The notes under the pieces: generated by a model | Database searches by the model: none | What the model was told of the DNA's origin: nothing | What the model saw: only the letters and a program-made list of their open reading frames with translations | Position numbers and translations under genes: made by a program | Source: an uncultured Solirubrobacterales bacterium | GTDB lineage: Bacteria > Actinomycetota > Thermoleophilia > Solirubrobacterales > Solirubrobacteraceae | NCBI GenBank assembly: GCA_963831725.1 | Contig: CAWHRF010000003.1 | Coordinates: 179,859-243,858, forward strand | Direction of reading: 5' to 3' | Length of the DNA stretch: 64,000 nt | Shown here: positions 27,780 to 38,178 of the stretch, in pieces | Position numbering within the stretch: the stretch's first letter is position 1 | Layout: each line of letters begins with the position of its first letter

Positions 27780-27880
27780 CCGCGCCCGCCGGATGCGGTG
27801 GTGGCAGTCTCCCTTCAGGTGTTATGACTGTGACCGCCGCATCCTCTTGGACAATGCCGCTCGCTTGGCGCGCCTGAGCG

Positions 27881-29344
27881 TCAGCCGGTAACGCCCTCTG
27901 CCGCGGGAGCGCCGGTGGACGTCTCCTCGTGCGTGAAGTCCAGGGTCTTCCTGGCACTCCCTTCCTTGGGAACCAAGAAGCCGGCTACCAGGCAAATGAG
28001 CAGGAAGCCGGTGGCCATCAGGAACGTATCGGTGAAGCCGGTGACCGCCGGCAGCCCGTTGGCCGTGTTGGCGGCGATGAAGGTTGCCGAGAGTTGACCG
28101 CCGAGGGCACCCCCGAGCGTGCGCATAACCGTGTTCATGCCACTCGCCACTCCGGTCTGCTCAGGCGAGACCGCCTGCACGATCAGGTTGCCGAGTGCCG
28201 CGAAGGCGAGGCCGACCCCCACACCGAGCAGTCCAGCGGCGATCAGCAGGTCGTAGGGATGGCTGTGAGCGAGCGCGAGCAACGCGAAGGACGCGGTCGT
28301 GAAGGCAGTTCCCACCAGAAGCGCGCTGCGCGAGCCATAGCGACCCGAGATCCGTCCGGCCGACAGGCCCAGGATCGTCATCCCGATCGTCAGCGGCAGC
28401 AGGTAGAGCCCTGAGACGACAACAGAGGCACCGAAGCCAAAGCCGGTGCTCTTCGGTAGCTGCGCGATCTGGGGTATCACGATGAACGACGCGTACATAC
28501 CCGCGCCGAGCAGGAAGGCGGAGGCGTTGGTCGTCCACACCCCCCGGATGCGCATCATCGTCATGTCGATCAAGGGGTTCTTGCTGCGCACCTCCACGGC
28601 GATCCAGGCAGCAGAGACGGCGATACCGGCAGCGAGCAGACCAAGCGTCTTGGGGGAGCCCCAGCCCCAGGTAGTGGTCTGGCTGATCGCGATCAAGACG
28701 ATCGACATGCTGATCGTCATCAGGATCGCGGCAAGCCAGTTGACGCGTCCGGGAACCCGCACCGGCGACTCGGGGATGAAGCGCCACGTGGCCAGCGCCG
28801 CGAGCACGGTAGGGATCAGGGGAAGCCAGAACAGCCAGTGGTAGTTCAGGTGCTCGATGATCACTCCTGCCAGCACGATCCCAGCGCCCCCGCCAACGCC
28901 AAGGATCGCCGACAGCAGGCCGATGCTCCCAGCCACCTTCTCGCGCGGGAACTCGTCGCGAACAATTCCGAAGGCAAGCGGGAAGATGCCGCCAGCAGCC
29001 CCTTGGATGAAGCGCCCGACGACGATCACGGCCAGTGAGCTCGACACGGCGGACAGGAGCGTTCCCGCGGCGAGAATCACGAGCGTCCACAGGAGCATCT
29101 TCTCCTTGCCGTACATGTCGCCCAGCCGGCCCAGGATCGCGGTGCCAACAGACGCCGCCAGCAAGTAGGCGGTCAGCAGCCAGGTGACGCCGGTCACGCT
29201 CGTGTGCAGTGCGTGCTGGAAGGTGGGCAGCGCCGGCAGCACCGCTGAGCTGAGCATCGCGTAGGCCAAACCGCCAAGCGCGAGCACGGCCAGGATCAGG
29301 TTGGGGTGTGTGCGCTCCCTCGTTGTCTCATCCCAGCCAGCCAT
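27881..29344 (-). CDS. MFS transporter (14-TM DHA2-like)
   Basis: GRLGDMYGKEK motif A, GRFIQG, many TM helices. Confidence 0.93.
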   Translation of the reverse strand: MAGWDETTRERTHPNLILAVLALGGLAYAMLSSAVLPALPTFQHALHTSVTGVTWLLTAYLLAASVGTAILGRLGDMYGKEKMLLWTLVILAAGTLLSAVSSSLAVIVVGRFIQGAAGGIFPLAFGIVRDEFPREKVAGSIGLLSAILGVGGGAGIVLAGVIIEHLNYHWLFWLPLIPTVLAALATWRFIPESPVRVPGRVNWLAAILMTISMSIVLIAISQTTTWGWGSPKTLGLLAAGIAVSAAWIAVEVRSKNPLIDMTMMRIRGVWTTNASAFLLGAGMYASFIVIPQIAQLPKSTGFGFGASVVVSGLYLLPLTIGMTILGLSAGRISGRYGSRSALLVGTAFTTASFALLALAHSHPYDLLIAAGLLGVGVGLAFAALGNLIVQAVSPEQTGVASGMNTVMRTLGGALGGQLSATFIAANTANGLPAVTGFTDTFLMATGFLLICLVAGFLVPKEGSARKTLDFTHEETSTGAPAAEGVTG

Positions 29345-29450
29345 GCGCTCACCTTAGCTTCGTCTCGTCGTTGGCTCGGAGAACGATGCGTGCGGCGCGG
29401 CGAGCGCGAGTGTCGGCGGTCGAGCGTGAGTGTCTTCGGGCGAGGTCTGG

Positions 29451-30017
29451 CTATGCGTGAGTCGATGTGGCGCTCGAGCCCGTCCCCACCGTAGGCAGCG
29501 TCTGCGGGAGCTCCTTGACGAAGCCCTTGCTGAGCACGCTGAGGACGAGCAGCGATCCGAACAGGGCCACGGCGTCGATGCTCTCGCGGCCCTGCTTTGC
29601 CCAGTAGAGGTCTTCGAGGTTGAGCCACAATGCGAACTCGTCGAGCGTGAGCGCCGCGCCGATGCCGTACGCGGCCGCGGTGATGCGCGAGGAGCGGCGT
29701 TCCTCAGAGATCCCGATCTCGAGCATCCACAGGTAGCCGACCGTCAGCAACCCCGCGATCCCGAAGGTCATGTGGTGGATGTGGCGTCCTCCGGGAGTGA
29801 TGTTCTTGAACGGGCCTCGTTCGGCGCGGATCGCGTGTGTGATCCCGCGAACGCCTGCGAACGTGAGGAAGAAGGAGCCGGTCGCAAACAGCTGACGCTC
29901 CTTGCGGCGGTCGCCGAAGTGCTTGTAGTAGAGCGCGCGAACGTCGCGCGCTGGAGCCAGCCACGAGCGCGATCGTGAGCGCTGGCTCTGTGCGGATGGT
30001 GCGTGCTGCTCGGTCAT
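29451..30017 (-). CDS. Integral membrane hypothetical protein
   Basis: GGRHIHHMTFGI, GAALTLDEFALWLNLEDLYW, GRESIDAV: a conserved-looking actinobacterial membrane family. Confidence 0.75.
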   Translation of the reverse strand: MTEQHAPSAQSQRSRSRSWLAPARDVRALYYKHFGDRRKERQLFATGSFFLTFAGVRGITHAIRAERGPFKNITPGGRHIHHMTFGIAGLLTVGYLWMLEIGISEERRSSRITAAAYGIGAALTLDEFALWLNLEDLYWAKQGRESIDAVALFGSLLVLSVLSKGFVKELPQTLPTVGTGSSATSTHA

Positions 30018-30066
30018 GATTGATCCCACCCTAACGTGGTCGCTACCCGTACGCCATGATTGCGCG

Positions 30067-31950
30067 ATGCCCTCGCCCGTCGAGCTAGAGATCAGCGCTC
30101 CGTTCGCCGGTGTGGTCGTGGCGATCGAGCACGCCCCCGGAGCGTCGGTGCATGCCGGGGCGGTGCTCGTGGTGCTGGAGGCGATGAAGATGGAGCACGA
30201 GGTTGTCGCCGAGAGTGATGGGGTCGTGCAGAGGGTGGAGGTGGTCGCGGGTGATGCGATCGAGGCGGGGGAGCTGCTCCTGGTCCTCACAGCCGACGAC
30301 CAGGTCTCCAGTCCGCAGCGCGACGGAGCCTCTCCCACGAGCGGAGAACTCGACACCGCTGGGGTGGACGGCAGGCCGAGCGTGGCTCGCGCGGACGGCG
30401 AGTCCGAACGGGTCCGCGCCGACCTTGCCGCGGTGCTGGTGCGCCACGAGCTTGGTCTCGACGCGGCCCGCCCCGAGGCCGTGGAGCGCCGCCGCGCGCG
30501 GGGGCGGCGCACCGCGCGCGAGAACCTCGCCGAGCTCATCGACGAGGGCAGCTACGTCGAGTACGGCCCGCTCTTGTTTGCCGCCCAGGAGCGCCGTCGC
30601 TCAAAGGATGAGCTGATCGCCAGCACGCCCGCCGACGGTCTGGTCGCGGGCGTCGGGGAGATCGACGGCAACGCGTGCGTGGCGATGTCCTACGACTACA
30701 CGGTTCTGGCCGGCACACAGGGGATGCGCGGGCACCTCAAGAAGGACCGCCTGTTCGAGCTCGCCGAGCGCCGCCGCCTGCCGGTGGTGCTGTTCGCCGA
30801 GGGCGGGGGAGGTCGGCCCGGCGATGTGGACTTCCCGATCGTGGCCGGCCTCGACTGCCGCGCGTTTCACCTGTTCGGTCGCCTCAGCGGGTTGGTGCCG
30901 CTGGTGGGGATAGCCTCGGGCTACTGCTTCGCGGGCAACGCCGCGCTGCTGGGCTGCTGTGACGTGGTGATCGCCACCGAGGACTCGAGCATCGGGATGG
31001 GCGGCCCCGCGATGATCGAGGGCGGCGGCCTGGGTGCGTATGAGCCAGGCGAAGTGGGCCCGATCGACGTGCAGCACGCAAACGGCGTGGTCGATCTGCG
31101 CGTGGCCGATGACTGCGCGGCGGTTGCGGCGGCCAAGCGCTACCTCTCCTATTTCCACGGACCGGTGGAGCGGTTCACCGTGCCCGATCAGCGCAAGCTG
31201 GGAGAGATCGTGCCCGAGCAGCGCAAGCGCTCCTATGAGGTGCGCCGGGTTGTGCACACCCTCTGCGACGAGGACTCGGTGCTCGAGCTGCGCGACGGTT
31301 TCGGCGCGGGGATGGTCACCGCGCTCGCGCGCGTGCAGGGCAGGCCGCTTGGGATCGTCGCCAACGACCCCGCTCATCTGGGCGGTGCGATCGACGCCGA
31401 TGCGGCCGACAAGGCCGCGCGCTTCCTGCAGATGTGCGACGCGTTCGGCCTGCCCGTGCTGTTCCTGTGCGACACCCCCGGCTTCATGGTGGGCCCGGAC
31501 GCCGAGCAGACCGCGACCGTGCGTCACTTCGCGCGACTGTTCGTGATCGGAGCAAATCTGGAGGTCCCGATCGGCACGATCGTGCTGCGCAAGGGCTACG
31601 GGCTCGGCGCGCAGGCGATGGCCGGAGGCTCGTTCAAGGCGCCGCTGTTCACGGTTGGCTGGCCGACCTCCGAGTTCGGGGGGATGGGCCTGGAGGGCGC
31701 GGTGCGTCTGGGGATGCGCCGCGAGCTCGACGCGATCGAGGACCCCGAGGAGCGCGAGCGCGTGTTTCAGGCCACGGTCGCCGCCGCCTACTCGCACGGC
31801 GAGGGATTGAACATGGCTGCTTACGGCGAGATCGACGACGTGATCGACCCGGCCGACTCGCGCCGCTGGATCGCCACGCTGTTCGATCCGCCGCCCGAGG
31901 ATTGGCGCCGGCGGGCCGGCAAGCGGCGTCCCAACCTCGACGCCTGGTAG
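30067..31950 (+). CDS. Biotin carboxyl carrier domain fused to acyl-CoA carboxyltransferase
   Basis: EAMKME biotinylation site; YDYTVLAGTQG, EGGGGRPGD, FAGNAA, DTPGFMVG. Leaderless CATGAT-N6-ATG. Confidence 0.92.
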   Translation: MPSPVELEISAPFAGVVVAIEHAPGASVHAGAVLVVLEAMKMEHEVVAESDGVVQRVEVVAGDAIEAGELLLVLTADDQVSSPQRDGASPTSGELDTAGVDGRPSVARADGESERVRADLAAVLVRHELGLDAARPEAVERRRARGRRTARENLAELIDEGSYVEYGPLLFAAQERRRSKDELIASTPADGLVAGVGEIDGNACVAMSYDYTVLAGTQGMRGHLKKDRLFELAERRRLPVVLFAEGGGGRPGDVDFPIVAGLDCRAFHLFGRLSGLVPLVGIASGYCFAGNAALLGCCDVVIATEDSSIGMGGPAMIEGGGLGAYEPGEVGPIDVQHANGVVDLRVADDCAAVAAAKRYLSYFHGPVERFTVPDQRKLGEIVPEQRKRSYEVRRVVHTLCDEDSVLELRDGFGAGMVTALARVQGRPLGIVANDPAHLGGAIDADAADKAARFLQMCDAFGLPVLFLCDTPGFMVGPDAEQTATVRHFARLFVIGANLEVPIGTIVLRKGYGLGAQAMAGGSFKAPLFTVGWPTSEFGGMGLEGAVRLGMRRELDAIEDPEERERVFQATVAAAYSHGEGLNMAAYGEIDDVIDPADSRRWIATLFDPPPEDWRRRAGKRRPNLDAW

Positions 31951-31975
31951 GCGACCTGGGCTGGCGCCGGTCCGC

Positions 31976-33097
31976 TTATCCGGCTTGCGGCGCGGCGGGC
32001 TTGGGACCGGCCGGGGGCTCCGGCTCACGCCCAAGCTCGGGCGTCGATGGCGAGCCCCCCGGCTCCGGCTCACGCCCCGGCTCGGGCGTCGATGGCGAGT
32101 CCCCCGGCTCCGGCGGAGCCTTGACCCGTGCTCGGAACACGTGGAAGGACCAGCCCTGGTAGAGCAGCACAAGCGGCAAGAAGATCACGGTGACGATGCT
32201 CATCACCGTCAGCGCGTAGGAGCCCGAGGCCGAGTTGTTGACGGTGAGGTTGAAGGCGGCGTCGGTGCTGGACACCATCACGTTCGGATACAGGTCGATG
32301 AAGATCGAGCCCACCACCGAGGCGATCGCGGTGGCCGAGGCGGCGAACGCCCAGCCCTCGTGCTCGTCGGAGCGCGCGAGCCGCGCGGCGAAGATGACCG
32401 CGACGATCGCGAGCACTTCAACCGGCCCTGGCACCTGCGTGCTACCGAGCGTGCGCGTCCAGATCACAAATCCCACCACCAGCACGATCGCCGCCCAGCC
32501 CAGCGGACCGGCGGCGGCGCGAGCCCGCTCGCGCACCTCGTCGGTTGTCTTCAGCGCCAGGAACGTGGCGCCGTGCAGGAGACACAGGCCGAGCAGCGTG
32601 ACGCCCGTCCACAGGCCGTAGGGAGTGAGCAGGTCGAGGAAGTTGCCGGTGTAGTTGTGGGCGGAGTCGATCGGCAGGCCACCCAGCAGGTCGCCGAGCC
32701 CCACGCCGATCAAGAGCGGCACGAGCAGGCTGCCAAGTGTCGTCGCCCACGTCCAGGTCGCGCGCCAGCGTGGGTTCGCGCTCTTGCCGTTGAACTCGAA
32801 AGCGACCCCGCGGCCGATCAGCGCGACCAGCACCAGCAGCAACGCCAGGTACAGGGCGGAGAACATCGTTGCGTACCACCCGGGAAAGGCCGCGAACATG
32901 CCGGCACCCGCCACGATCAGCCACACCTCGTTGCCATCCCAGAACGGCCCGATCGCGTTCAGCGCGACGCGCCGCCCGGTCGCGGTCTTGCCGACGAGCG
33001 TGTGCAGCATGCCGACGCCGAAGTCGAACCCCTCCAGCACGAAGAAGCCGACCCACAGGATCGAGATGACGATGAACCAGACGGTGTGAAGCTGCAT
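31976..33097 (-). CDS. cydB: Cytochrome bd oxidase subunit II
   Basis: LEGFDFGVG, GPFWDGNEVWLI, FAAFPGWYA. Confidence 0.96.
   Translation of the reverse strand: MQLHTVWFIVISILWVGFFVLEGFDFGVGMLHTLVGKTATGRRVALNAIGPFWDGNEVWLIVAGAGMFAAFPGWYATMFSALYLALLLVLVALIGRGVAFEFNGKSANPRWRATWTWATTLGSLLVPLLIGVGLGDLLGGLPIDSAHNYTGNFLDLLTPYGLWTGVTLLGLCLLHGATFLALKTTDEVRERARAAAGPLGWAAIVLVVGFVIWTRTLGSTQVPGPVEVLAIVAVIFAARLARSDEHEGWAFAASATAIASVVGSIFIDLYPNVMVSSTDAAFNLTVNNSASGSYALTVMSIVTVIFLPLVLLYQGWSFHVFRARVKAPPEPGDSPSTPEPGREPEPGGSPSTPELGREPEPPAGPKPAAPQAG
32016..32114. repeat. 45-bp tandem repeat (~2.2 copies) in the cydB 3' end
   Basis: GGCTCCGGC recurs at 32016, 32061 and 32106; encodes PEPGDSPSTPEPGRE / PEPGGSPSTPELGRE. 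Confidence 0.85.
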
Positions 33098-33098
33098 G

Positions 33099-34574
33099 TC
33101 AGTAGGTGAGGGTGGGGATCGTGCTCGCGCCCTGCCCGGCGCCCTGTGCGGACCCGTCCGAGTGCTCGTCCTCGTGGCCCAGCCCCTTGCGCGCGTAGCG
33201 CAGCATCAGCACCACGTCGGCGGCGCCGAGCGCCGCGTAGAGCGCCACGAACACGATCAGGCTGATCCAGATGTCCGTTGCGCTCACCGACGGCGAGTTC
33301 GCGTTGACGGTCTTCATCAGCCCCTGCACGATCCACGGTTGTCGCCCGCTCTCGGTCAGCAGCCAGCCTGCGGTGTTCATCAGGAACGGCGTCACCACCG
33401 CCCAGATCGACAGTCGCAAGAACCACTTCGATCCCTCCAGCTTGCCGCGGTGCAGCAGCCATGCTCCCCACAGCGCGAGCAGCATCACGAGCGCCGCGAG
33501 GTAGGCCATGATGCGCATCGACCAATACTGGATGAACACGTCGGGCACGTAGTTGCCGGGGCCGTACTTCTTCACCGATTCGGCCTGCAACTGATTGAGC
33601 CCGATCACCTTGCCGCCCCACGAATTTGTCGCAAGCAGTGACAGCACATGCGGCACTTCGATTATCTGCGAGGGCGTCTTGTCGTCGTTGCCGCCGCCGA
33701 TCTGAAACAGCGAGAAGGAGCACGGCTGGCACGTGTTCCACTGGCCCTCGGCGGCGGCGATCTTCATCGGCTGATACTTGGTCTCGACCACCCCCAGCTC
33801 GCTGCCCACGAACAGCGTGAGCACGATCGAGGGAATCAGCACAGCCAGCGACAGCGAGGCGGTCCGTTTGAATGCCTCCGCTTCCTGCCGCTCGCCTGCC
33901 TGGGCCTCGACTTGGGGGACCGGGCCCCCGACATTGGTGGAGGTATTCAGCTTGCGCAAGTACCAGGCAGAGATCGCGAGCATGATCAGGGCGCCGGTGA
34001 TCAGCGCCGCCAGGATCACGTGCACGTAGCCCCACAGAAATGTGGGGTTGGTGAACAGCGCGCCCACGTTGTCCAGTTGCGGCTGGCCTTTGACCATCTT
34101 GTAGCCGACGGGGTGCTGCATCCAGGAATTGGCGACCATGATGAACAGCGCGGAGAGCATCGTCGCGAACGCCACGATCCAGATGCACGCGAGATGCACG
34201 CGCTTTGAGAGGCGGTCCCAGCCGAACAGCCACAGTCCGAGGAACGTGGACTCCAGGAAGAACGCCGCCAGCCCCTCCATCGCGAGCGGCCCGCCGAACA
34301 CGTCGCCGACGTAGCGCGAGTACACCGACCAGTTCATCCCGAACTCGAACTCCTGCACCAGCCCGGTCACCACGCCGACCGCCACGTTGATCAGCAGCAG
34401 CGTCCCGAAGAAGCGCGTCAACCGCTTGTATTCGGACCCGCCCATCCTGCCGTTGCGGTGCCAGCTCGTCTGCAGGAGCGCAACCAGAAACGCCAGCCCG
34501 ATCGTGACCGGCACGAACAGGAAGTGGTAGATGCTGGTTGTCGCAAACTGCCAGCGAGCGAGATCGTTGGTCAT
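33099..34574 (-). CDS. cydA: Cytochrome bd oxidase subunit I
   Basis: LARWQF...YHFLFVP, QEFEFGMNWS, FFLESTF, QPMKIAAAE, GRQPW. Confidence 0.97.
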   Translation of the reverse strand: MTNDLARWQFATTSIYHFLFVPVTIGLAFLVALLQTSWHRNGRMGGSEYKRLTRFFGTLLLINVAVGVVTGLVQEFEFGMNWSVYSRYVGDVFGGPLAMEGLAAFFLESTFLGLWLFGWDRLSKRVHLACIWIVAFATMLSALFIMVANSWMQHPVGYKMVKGQPQLDNVGALFTNPTFLWGYVHVILAALITGALIMLAISAWYLRKLNTSTNVGGPVPQVEAQAGERQEAEAFKRTASLSLAVLIPSIVLTLFVGSELGVVETKYQPMKIAAAEGQWNTCQPCSFSLFQIGGGNDDKTPSQIIEVPHVLSLLATNSWGGKVIGLNQLQAESVKKYGPGNYVPDVFIQYWSMRIMAYLAALVMLLALWGAWLLHRGKLEGSKWFLRLSIWAVVTPFLMNTAGWLLTESGRQPWIVQGLMKTVNANSPSVSATDIWISLIVFVALYAALGAADVVLMLRYARKGLGHEDEHSDGSAQGAGQGASTIPTLTY

Positions 34575-36484
34575 GCCCGGAGATGGTTACCCGACTCGCG
34601 GCGGAACCATTCTGCGTATTGTCCGCAGGATTGGAGGAGATGGTCCTGCGTGCCTCGTTCGAGCACACGCCCATCGTCGAGCACCAGGATCTCGTCCACC
34701 TCGCCGAGGCGTGCGAGGCGGTGTGTCACGAGCAGCGTGGCCTGCTCGCGCGTGGCGGTGAGCAGATCGGCGACGATCGCATCGGCTGTGACCGTGTCCA
34801 GGTGCTCGCCGGGCTCATCGAGGATCAGGATCGGGAAGTCGGCGAGCAGCGCCCGCGCGATCGCCAGGCGCTGGCGCTGCCCGCCGGACATGCGTGCCCC
34901 GCGCTCACCGAGCTCTGTTGCGAGACCGTCGGGCAGGCTGTCCACCCACTCAAGCAAGCGTGCCCGCGAGAGCACCTCGCGCAGCTCATCCGCCGTGGCA
35001 TCGCGCCGCGCGAGGCGCAGGTTCTCCTCGATGGTGCTGTCGAACACGTGCGCGTCCTGGCTCACGAGCCCGACCACGCGTCGCACTTCGTCGCCGTCGA
35101 GCCGGTCGATCTCGATGCCGTCGAGCGTCGCCGAGCCGCCCTGGTAGGGGAGGAATCTGAGCAGTGCGCCCGCCAGGGTGGACTTGCCGGCGCCGCTGGG
35201 GCCGACGATCGCCACGCGACGTCCCGGGCTCAGATCGAGGTCCAGGTCCGACAGCGCCGCGTGCCCGGCGCCGGGGTAGGAGCAGCACAGGCCGCGAGCC
35301 CGCAGGACGTGTGTGCAGACAGGCAGCGGTTGGCCATTCGGCGGCGGAGCCGTGTGCGTGCCGTTGAGCGTCTGTGCATCGAGTGTGGGTGTGTCGGTGG
35401 TCTGTGCGTCAATGGCCTGTGCGCCGTGTGGTCGCAGACCAAGCGTGAGCGGATGCGCGGGCTCGGTCACCGGCACGGGTGTGTCGATCACCTCCTGCAC
35501 GCGTGCTGCCGCACGGCGCACGCGTTGCAGCGTCTGCGTCGCCGCCGGCAGGCCCGTCACCAGTTCGAACGCCACCAGCGGGATCAGTGCGATCCCGGCG
35601 AGCAGCGCGCCGTCGAGTCGGCCCGCGCGCACCGCGCTGACGCCCACCATCAGCGCGCCCCACATCGCAAGTCCGGTGCACAGGCTCGTCAACCCCTGGC
35701 CCACGCCCGCCGTGCGTGCGCCCGAGCGCGCCACCGCGGTCAGCTCGGCGTCGGCCGCCAGCGTGCGCCGCAGCTGCTCTCCCGCCGCGCCGTTGACGAC
35801 CAGCTCGGGGGCGCCCTCGATCAGGTCCACCACCGATGCGCTCAACAATCCCCGCGCCGCCGCCTGGCGCGCCTCGCCGCGCGCGGCCAGCGCTCCGGTC
35901 AACCATGGCACCACCACGCCGGCGAGCAGCAACGCGACCAGCAGGATCAGCGCGGCCGCCGGGAGCATCGTCCACACCAGCACCACCGTGCCCGCGCCCA
36001 CGAGCAGCGCGATCGCAAACGGCGGCACCACCCGCAGCAGCAGGTCCTGCAGCGAATCGATGTCCTGCACGAGCCGCGAGAGGAGGTCGCCGCCGCGAAA
36101 CGCCGGCAACCCGAGCGGCGCCAAGCGCTCCAATCGTTCGTACACGCCGACGCGCAGGCTCGCGAGCACCCGAAACGCCGCGTCGTGGCCGACCAGGCGC
36201 TCGAAGTAGCGACACAGTCCCCGCGAGAGCGCGAAGAACTGCACCCCCACGATCGCCACCGCCACCACCGACTCGGGGGGACGCTGAGAGGAGCGCGAGA
36301 TCAGCCACGCCGAGGTCGCGATCAGCCCGATTGCCGCCGCGATCGAGCCCGCGCCGAGCAGCGTCGCGAGCGCCAGCCGCCCGGCGGCGGGCCGCGCGAT
36401 CGCAAGTGTCTGGCGCAGCGGGGCCTCGGGTCCGCGGTCCTCGCGGAGCGTCGCGGTTGTGTCGAGTGCGGGTGAGGGTGTCAT
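34571..36484 (-). CDS. cydC: Thiol reductant/heme ABC exporter CydC
   Basis: RYFERLVGHDAAFR, GPSGAGKST, MSGGQRQR. Confidence 0.93.
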   Translation of the reverse strand: MTPSPALDTTATLREDRGPEAPLRQTLAIARPAAGRLALATLLGAGSIAAAIGLIATSAWLISRSSQRPPESVVAVAIVGVQFFALSRGLCRYFERLVGHDAAFRVLASLRVGVYERLERLAPLGLPAFRGGDLLSRLVQDIDSLQDLLLRVVPPFAIALLVGAGTVVLVWTMLPAAALILLVALLLAGVVVPWLTGALAARGEARQAAARGLLSASVVDLIEGAPELVVNGAAGEQLRRTLAADAELTAVARSGARTAGVGQGLTSLCTGLAMWGALMVGVSAVRAGRLDGALLAGIALIPLVAFELVTGLPAATQTLQRVRRAAARVQEVIDTPVPVTEPAHPLTLGLRPHGAQAIDAQTTDTPTLDAQTLNGTHTAPPPNGQPLPVCTHVLRARGLCCSYPGAGHAALSDLDLDLSPGRRVAIVGPSGAGKSTLAGALLRFLPYQGGSATLDGIEIDRLDGDEVRRVVGLVSQDAHVFDSTIEENLRLARRDATADELREVLSRARLLEWVDSLPDGLATELGERGARMSGGQRQRLAIARALLADFPILILDEPGEHLDTVTADAIVADLLTATREQATLLVTHRLARLGEVDEILVLDDGRVLERGTQDHLLQSCGQYAEWFRRESGNHLRA

Positions 36485-38172
36485 GCCGACACGGCTCGCT
36501 CCGTCGAGGATGGCGCCGCGGCGTGGTCCTCCACCGCGCCGAGCCTCAACACGCGGTCGGCTATGCCAAGCAGCGCCGGGCGGTGTGCCACGAGCATCAC
36601 GGTGCGCCCGTCGGAGAGTCGCCTCACGGCTTCCAGGATCTCCTGCTCGGTCTGGCCGTCGAGGTTGGCGGTCGGCTCGTCCAGCAGCAGCAGCGGCGCG
36701 TCGCGCAGGAACGCTCGCGCGAGCGCCACCCGCTGGCGCTCGCCCGCCGAGAGCCCCGCTCCCCGCTCGCCGAGCACGGTGTCAAGGCCGGCGGGCAGCC
36801 TGCCGATCACCTCGTCCAGTTCGGCCAGCGAGCACGCCCCGCAAATCTCCTCATCCGAGGCATCGAGACGACCGACACGCACGTTCTCGGCGATCGAGGC
36901 GGCAAACAGGTGCGGCCGTTGCGGCACCCACGCGATCTGCGAGCGCCACGCTTCGAGGTCAAGCTCGGCAAGCTCCGCTCGATCGATTCGCACCGTGCCA
37001 CGTGTGGGCGCGGTCAAACCGAGCAGCACGCCAAGGAGCGTGGACTTACCGCAGCCGCTGGGTCCCGCAAGCGCAAGCACCTCGCCTGGCACGACGCTCA
37101 AAGACACATCCTCGAGCGCCGGCTCGCCGCGGTCCGGATAGCTGACCGTCAACCCTTCGACAGCGATCTCTGCCGTGGCGAGATCCGGTATCTCGCGGTT
37201 GGTCCCCCGCGCCGGCTCCGGCTGCTCCAGGATCGCGAACACCTGCTCGGCGGCGGCCATCCCCTCGGCCGAGGCGTGGTAGTTGGCGCCCAGCCGGCGC
37301 AACGGCATGTACGCCTCGGGCGCCAGCACCAGCGCGAACAGCCCGGTGCGCAGGTCGAGGTTGCCGCTCAGCAGGCGCAACCCGATCGCCACCGCCACCA
37401 GCGCCACCGAGATCGTCGCCACCAGCTCGAGGATCAGCGAGGAGAGGAACGTCACCCGCAGGGTGGAGAGCGCCGTGTCGCGGTAGCGCTCTGAGATCTC
37501 GCGGATGCTCGCCGCTTGCGCCTTCGCGCGTCCGAACACCTTCAATGTGGGCAGTCCCCCAACCACGTCGAGGAAGTGCCCGGCCAGCCGCTGCAGCGTG
37601 TGCAGCTGGCGGTCCATGCGCTCGCGCGTGGCGGCGCCCACGAGCGCCATGAACAGCGGGATCAGCGGGATCGTGAGAGCGATGATCGCGCCCGAGATCC
37701 AGTCTCTGGAGAACACGGCCACGAGCACCACGAGCGGCACGATCGCCGCCAGAAACAGCTGCGGCAGATACAGCGAGAAGTAGCCGTCCAGCGCGTCGAT
37801 CCCGCGTGTGGCAAGCACCGCCAGCTCGCCGGTGCGCTCTTTGCGGGAGCTGTTCAGGCCGAGCTGCGCCACGCGCTCCAGCATCGCGGTGCGCAGCTGC
37901 GACTTCGCCTGCGCCGAGCAGCGACTCGCCGCCAGCTCCGCCGCCCACGCCACCAGCGCGCGCGCTCCCACCACGCACAAGAGCACGATCAGCTGTCCCC
38001 GCAACTGGGCGAGGTCCTTCCCGTGCGAGAAGGCGCCGGCGACCACGCTCGCCAGCAGCCACGCCTGCGCGACGATCAGCAGCGCGCTCAATGAGCCGAG
38101 CGCCACCGACGTGAGCAGGAACGTACGAGTCGCGCGTGCGTAGCGCAGCAGTCTCGGATCGAGCGCTCTCAC
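36481..38172 (-). CDS. cydD: Thiol reductant/heme ABC exporter CydD
   Basis: LDGYFSLYLPQ, TLRVTFLSSLILE, LAPEAYMPLRRLGANYHAS, Walker A/B. Confidence 0.93.
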   Translation of the reverse strand: MRALDPRLLRYARATRTFLLTSVALGSLSALLIVAQAWLLASVVAGAFSHGKDLAQLRGQLIVLLCVVGARALVAWAAELAASRCSAQAKSQLRTAMLERVAQLGLNSSRKERTGELAVLATRGIDALDGYFSLYLPQLFLAAIVPLVVLVAVFSRDWISGAIIALTIPLIPLFMALVGAATRERMDRQLHTLQRLAGHFLDVVGGLPTLKVFGRAKAQAASIREISERYRDTALSTLRVTFLSSLILELVATISVALVAVAIGLRLLSGNLDLRTGLFALVLAPEAYMPLRRLGANYHASAEGMAAAEQVFAILEQPEPARGTNREIPDLATAEIAVEGLTVSYPDRGEPALEDVSLSVVPGEVLALAGPSGCGKSTLLGVLLGLTAPTRGTVRIDRAELAELDLEAWRSQIAWVPQRPHLFAASIAENVRVGRLDASDEEICGACSLAELDEVIGRLPAGLDTVLGERGAGLSAGERQRVALARAFLRDAPLLLLDEPTANLDGQTEQEILEAVRRLSDGRTVMLVAHRPALLGIADRVLRLGAVEDHAAAPSSTERAVSA

Positions 38173-38178
38173 CGGGCA

